From Campylobacterota bacterium (GTDB lineage Bacteria > Campylobacterota > Campylobacteria > Campylobacterales > Sulfurimonadaceae): a stretch of DNA of 18,867 nucleotides. The notes below the pieces were generated by a model, which had not been told where the DNA came from, did not search any database, and saw only the letters and a program-made list of their open reading frames with translations. The position numbers and the translations under genes are program-made. Location: the NCBI GenBank assembly GCA_034717975.1, contig JAYEMF010000047.1, forward strand, positions 1 to 18,867. The letters are read 5' to 3'. Shown here piece after piece: positions 15,909 to 18,867 of this stretch; position 1 is the first letter of the stretch, and every line of letters starts with the position of its first letter.

Positions 15909-16631
15909 TTAAGCCTCTTGAGTTTCTTCTTTTTCAAGGTATAGGATGCGTCCGCAGTGTGGACAGGTAGTGATCTCTTCACCTTTGATCACATCAGAGT
16001 AGATCTTGTCGCTGATTACCATGAAACAGCCCATACAAGCCTGGTTTTTTACCGGTACTGCTGTTGTGTTCTTTGCCCAGCGGCGAATCTTCTGATAGAA
16101 AGAGAGACCTTTTTGGTTCATGCCTGCAACCAGTTTCTCTTTTTTTCCGAAAACACCCTGACGCTCTTTATCGATCTCGGCAAGTTTGGCATCGACCTCT
16201 TTTTTTACCGACGCAAGGTTACTATCGATCTCACCCATCTGCTCTTCAAGGGCAGCGACCTGCTCTTTTTTATTATCGATCACTTTTTCAAGACGTTCGA
16301 TCTCTTCATTGGCGAATGTGACCTGCTCTTTGGCGATCTCTTCTTCTAGCTGAAGTGATTTCATCTCACGCTCAGTTTTGATCTCTGCACTTTTCTTGCT
16401 GTTCTCTTCAAGTTTTGCAGAGAGTTCTGCCAGGTGAAGCTCATTTTTCTGCTTTTTAAGTTCTTCCTCTTTGATCCCTGTGTTGAGGGCTTCAATATCA
16501 GAATCAATGCTGCCTTTCTTCGCCATTGCAGCTTCATACTTGTAGTTTGCCTCTTCGATCTGCGGTTCGAAAGCATCGATCTCTTTGTCGACCATAGAGA
16601 GTTCAATTAGTTGTTCAAGGTGTTTGTTCAT
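15909..16631 (-). CDS. Coiled-coil protein with a C4-type zinc ribbon (HP0958/Cj0706-like)
   Basis: Long heptad-rich region followed by ACMGC...CPHCGRILY; located between the Nif3-like gene and waaA. Confidence 0.9.
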   Translation of the reverse strand: MNKHLEQLIELSMVDKEIDAFEPQIEEANYKYEAAMAKKGSIDSDIEALNTGIKEEELKKQKNELHLAELSAKLEENSKKSAEIKTEREMKSLQLEEEIAKEQVTFANEEIERLEKVIDNKKEQVAALEEQMGEIDSNLASVKKEVDAKLAEIDKERQGVFGKKEKLVAGMNQKGLSFYQKIRRWAKNTTAVPVKNQACMGCFMVISDKIYSDVIKGEEITTCPHCGRILYLEKEETQEA

Positions 16632-16679
16632 CTGGTTCCTTTTAGGATTACGTGTACCTACGCTACATTATAAATAAGG

Positions 16680-17402
16680 TTATAAATAGGTGAAGGGGTT
16701 CTTTGATGGTGAAATTATAACGCCTAAACCTAAATTTTTCAAATAAGGTGCCAATATCTCCCCGAAATAGCGCTCGCTTTCATAGTGCCCGATATCGATC
16801 ATCGAGAGCCCGATTGTCTTTGCTTCCATTGCATCATGATATTTTATATCACCCGTCAGGAAACAATCCGCATGGATCGAGCGCATCAGTGAAGCGCCTG
16901 AACCGGTTGTGAGTGCCGCACGTTTAATGTTCTCATGGCACTCCACCATTCTGAGATGCTCAATGCCAAACACGTCGGCCACTTTTTTTGCAAAAACAGG
17001 AAACGGCTCATTGACTTCCAGATAGGCTACAAAGCCCTCTTTATCAACCACCTTGTAGCCCAAGACCTCTTCTGCCACGTAGGCATTGAGATGAGTCTGG
17101 TCAAAATTGGTGTGCATCGCGATATTGGAAATATTTTTTTGTATCATGCTGCGAAGCAGTTTGGCCGGGTAGTGATTGAATTCCAGCTGTTTCAGACCGC
17201 CAAAGATAATAGGATGGTGCGTGATTACAAGCGTATTCTCATCCAGGCTTTCAACCAGCTCTTCATCCAGATCAATACTCAAAACGATCTGGCTGACATC
17301 CTGTGAAAAATCACCGACAAGCAGTCCGGAGTTATCCCAGGACTCCTGCAGTTCAAACGGGGAGAGGTTGTCTAGATGGTTGTAGATATCGGCTATGGTC
17401 AT
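16680..17402 (-). CDS. Nif3-like dinuclear metal-centre protein (YbgI/DUF34)
   Basis: Motifs QESWDNSGL, ITHHP, MHTNFD, TGDIKYH and GHYESE. Confidence 0.93.
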   Translation of the reverse strand: MTIADIYNHLDNLSPFELQESWDNSGLLVGDFSQDVSQIVLSIDLDEELVESLDENTLVITHHPIIFGGLKQLEFNHYPAKLLRSMIQKNISNIAMHTNFDQTHLNAYVAEEVLGYKVVDKEGFVAYLEVNEPFPVFAKKVADVFGIEHLRMVECHENIKRAALTTGSGASLMRSIHADCFLTGDIKYHDAMEAKTIGLSMIDIGHYESERYFGEILAPYLKNLGLGVIISPSKNPFTYL

Positions 17403-18133
17403 CTTTTATAACTCCTTCGGCGACGCTTACAGCGTACATAAACCGCTTGTGCCCCGGTCAGGGGGTCAGAATCTTTAAACTCAAATGTATCGGTGCTCTC
17501 AAGCAGTTCACCCAGTTTTCTATAACCATAATTACGGGGATCAAACTCCGGAGATTTGTTGACGATATTTTGTCCGATCACTCCCAGATAGGACCAGCCG
17601 GCGTCATCCGCCGTATCTTCAACTGCGTGACGCAGCAGGGAGAGAAGCCGGGCATCCACCTCCGCTTTTTCAACACGCCTGCTCGCTGTTTTGGCTATAC
17701 GAAGGTTCTCGATATAGGTAAACTTGTCACAGGCACTGACAAAAGGTTTGGGTGTCTTCTGTTCACCGAAGCCATACGCCATCAGACCCGATTCACGGAT
17801 ACGGCTTGCCAGACGGGTAAAATCACTGTCGCTCGATACGATACAGAAACCGTCAAAGTTGTTCGTATAGAGCAGGTCCATCGCATCAATGATCAGCGCG
17901 CTGTCTGTTGCATTTTTTCCAGACGTGTAAGCGAACTGCTGCATCGGATGAATCCCGTGTTCGAGCAGGACCTTCTTCCACCCTTTCAGTTTGGTGTCGG
18001 TCCAGTCGCCATAAATCCGCTTGACACTGGCTACCCCGTACTGGGCAATCTCATCCAGCAGTCCGTCAATGATCGAAGACTGGGAGTTGTCGGCATCGAT
18101 CAAAACGGCCAAGCGCTTTTGGCTTTCGCTCAT
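17399..18133 (-). CDS. NYN (LabA/DUF88) domain protein with a C-terminal OST-HTH/LOTUS domain
   Basis: Motifs AVLIDADN, RIYGDW, GKNATD..L.IDAMD and VSSDSDF; C-terminal FDPRNYGYRKLGELL. Confidence 0.9.
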   Translation of the reverse strand: MSESQKRLAVLIDADNSQSSIIDGLLDEIAQYGVASVKRIYGDWTDTKLKGWKKVLLEHGIHPMQQFAYTSGKNATDSALIIDAMDLLYTNNFDGFCIVSSDSDFTRLASRIRESGLMAYGFGEQKTPKPFVSACDKFTYIENLRIAKTASRRVEKAEVDARLLSLLRHAVEDTADDAGWSYLGVIGQNIVNKSPEFDPRNYGYRKLGELLESTDTFEFKDSDPLTGAQAVYVRCKRRRRSYKR

Positions 18134-18705
18134 CCCAGTTTTTCCAGTTCAAATTTTGCCTGCATGAACTCCGGATCATACTTCAGCGCTTTCTCATACA
18201 TCACCTTGGCACGCTCTTTCTCATCCATATCTACTAAAAGATTGGCATAGTTGAAGTAGGTTGTCGCATATTCACTGTCAATGGAGAGGGCTTTTTCATA
18301 ATGCGCTTTAGCCTCTTCATATTCACCCTTTTCACGGTAAAGCGATGCAAGGGCACTGTGGACCATATCATCTTCTTCATCAACTTCCAATGAAGCCCGG
18401 TAATGCTCTATCGCACGATCTGCATCACCCTCTTTTGCCAGAATAAAGCCTAACTTGTTCAAAATTTCCGGATCATTCGGTGCTTTTACATCGGCCTCGG
18501 CCAGCAAGGCTTTGGCCCTGCCGAGGTCACCTCTCTCATACGCTTCATCCGCCTTTTCGACTAAAACTTCCGGATCATACGATGCCGGCACCCTTCGGGG
18601 CTCTCTCTTCGTTTCAGAAGGGTCTTGAAGCCCTTGAACATGTTCATAGATCCTGTAGGCGAAAAATGCTGCTGCAACCAGCATAATGATCTGAAAAGTA
18701 TTCAT
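18130..18705 (-). CDS. Membrane-anchored tetratricopeptide-repeat protein
   Basis: N-terminal hydrophobic helix followed by about four TPR-like repeats (A..Y.KAL..DP pattern). Confidence 0.85.
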   Translation of the reverse strand: MNTFQIIMLVAAAFFAYRIYEHVQGLQDPSETKREPRRVPASYDPEVLVEKADEAYERGDLGRAKALLAEADVKAPNDPEILNKLGFILAKEGDADRAIEHYRASLEVDEEDDMVHSALASLYREKGEYEEAKAHYEKALSIDSEYATTYFNYANLLVDMDEKERAKVMYEKALKYDPEFMQAKFELEKLG

Positions 18706-18717
18706 ATTATCCCTTAA

Positions 18718-18867
18718 CTATTTTTTCTTAGTGACATTATAGATAAAACTGAAGATCTCGGCAACCGCTTTGTAGAGATTGGCCGGAATCTCCTTGTCCA
18801 GCTCCACCTTTGAAAGCAGTTCAACCAGGTCTTCATCTTTCTGTATGGGCACCTCATGCAGCTGAGC
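18718..18867 (-). CDS. FlhB C-terminal-domain-like protein (EscU/YscU/HrcU family), 5'-truncated by the window edge
   Basis: Not in the ORF track. Manual translation gives AQLHEVPIQKDEDLVELLSKVELDKEIPANLYKAVAEIFSFIYNVTKKK*, matching the FlhB-CC pattern (VPI..D..L...L......EIP..LY.AVAEI). Confidence 0.85.
   Translation of the reverse strand, partial: AQLHEVPIQKDEDLVELLSKVELDKEIPANLYKAVAEIFSFIYNVTKKK

Noticed and set aside
16667..16690. Tandem TTATAAATA(A)GG duplication and an internal TATAAT between nif3 and the zinc-ribbon gene
   Set aside because: Short AT-rich duplication at a stop codon. It could be an internal promoter, but the evidence is too thin.
56..18686. Numerous alternative-frame and antisense ORFs in the track (e.g. 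3716-4186, 5686-6234, 13822-14520, 17303-18250)
   Set aside because: They overlap well-supported genes, lack recognisable motifs or SD sites, and are typical shadow ORFs.
1..18867. CRISPR array, tRNA/rRNA, riboswitch or SRP RNA
   Set aside because: No regularly spaced repeats, cloverleaf or recognisable aptamer consensus was seen in any intergenic region. An Infernal/Rfam scan would be needed to exclude them formally.

Overview
This window looks like a Campylobacterota chromosome segment (Sulfurimonas-like, inferred from gene order and TATAAT promoters preceded by AT-rich tracts). The right two-thirds is a conserved minus-strand housekeeping block: FlhB-C-like (partial), TPR, NYN, Nif3-like, zinc-ribbon/coiled-coil, waaA, RluA-family synthase, ffh, rpsP, KH, rimM, trmD, rplS. 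It is interrupted in two places. Between rimM and trmD lie a diheme lipoprotein cytochrome c, an EamA transporter, a GGDEF remnant and an IS200/IS605-like hairpin. Upstream of ffh is an unannotated, frameshifted cytochrome c relic. The most interesting part is a compact five-gene operon downstream of rplS (7625 to 1242, minus strand). It encodes a CPG2-like M20 peptidase, a canonical RimK-like ATP-grasp ligase, a second ATP-grasp protein with a non-canonical metal motif and an acidic HhH-like tail, an 865-aa M14 carboxypeptidase whose S1' residue is Arg (predicting acidic-residue specificity), and a small UspB-like membrane protein. Together these look like a self-contained glutamate add/remove system with an unknown substrate. 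A 5'-truncated DUF4139-family gene converges from the left edge. No rRNA, tRNA or CRISPR array was seen. All family calls come from motif recognition by eye; no database searches were run.
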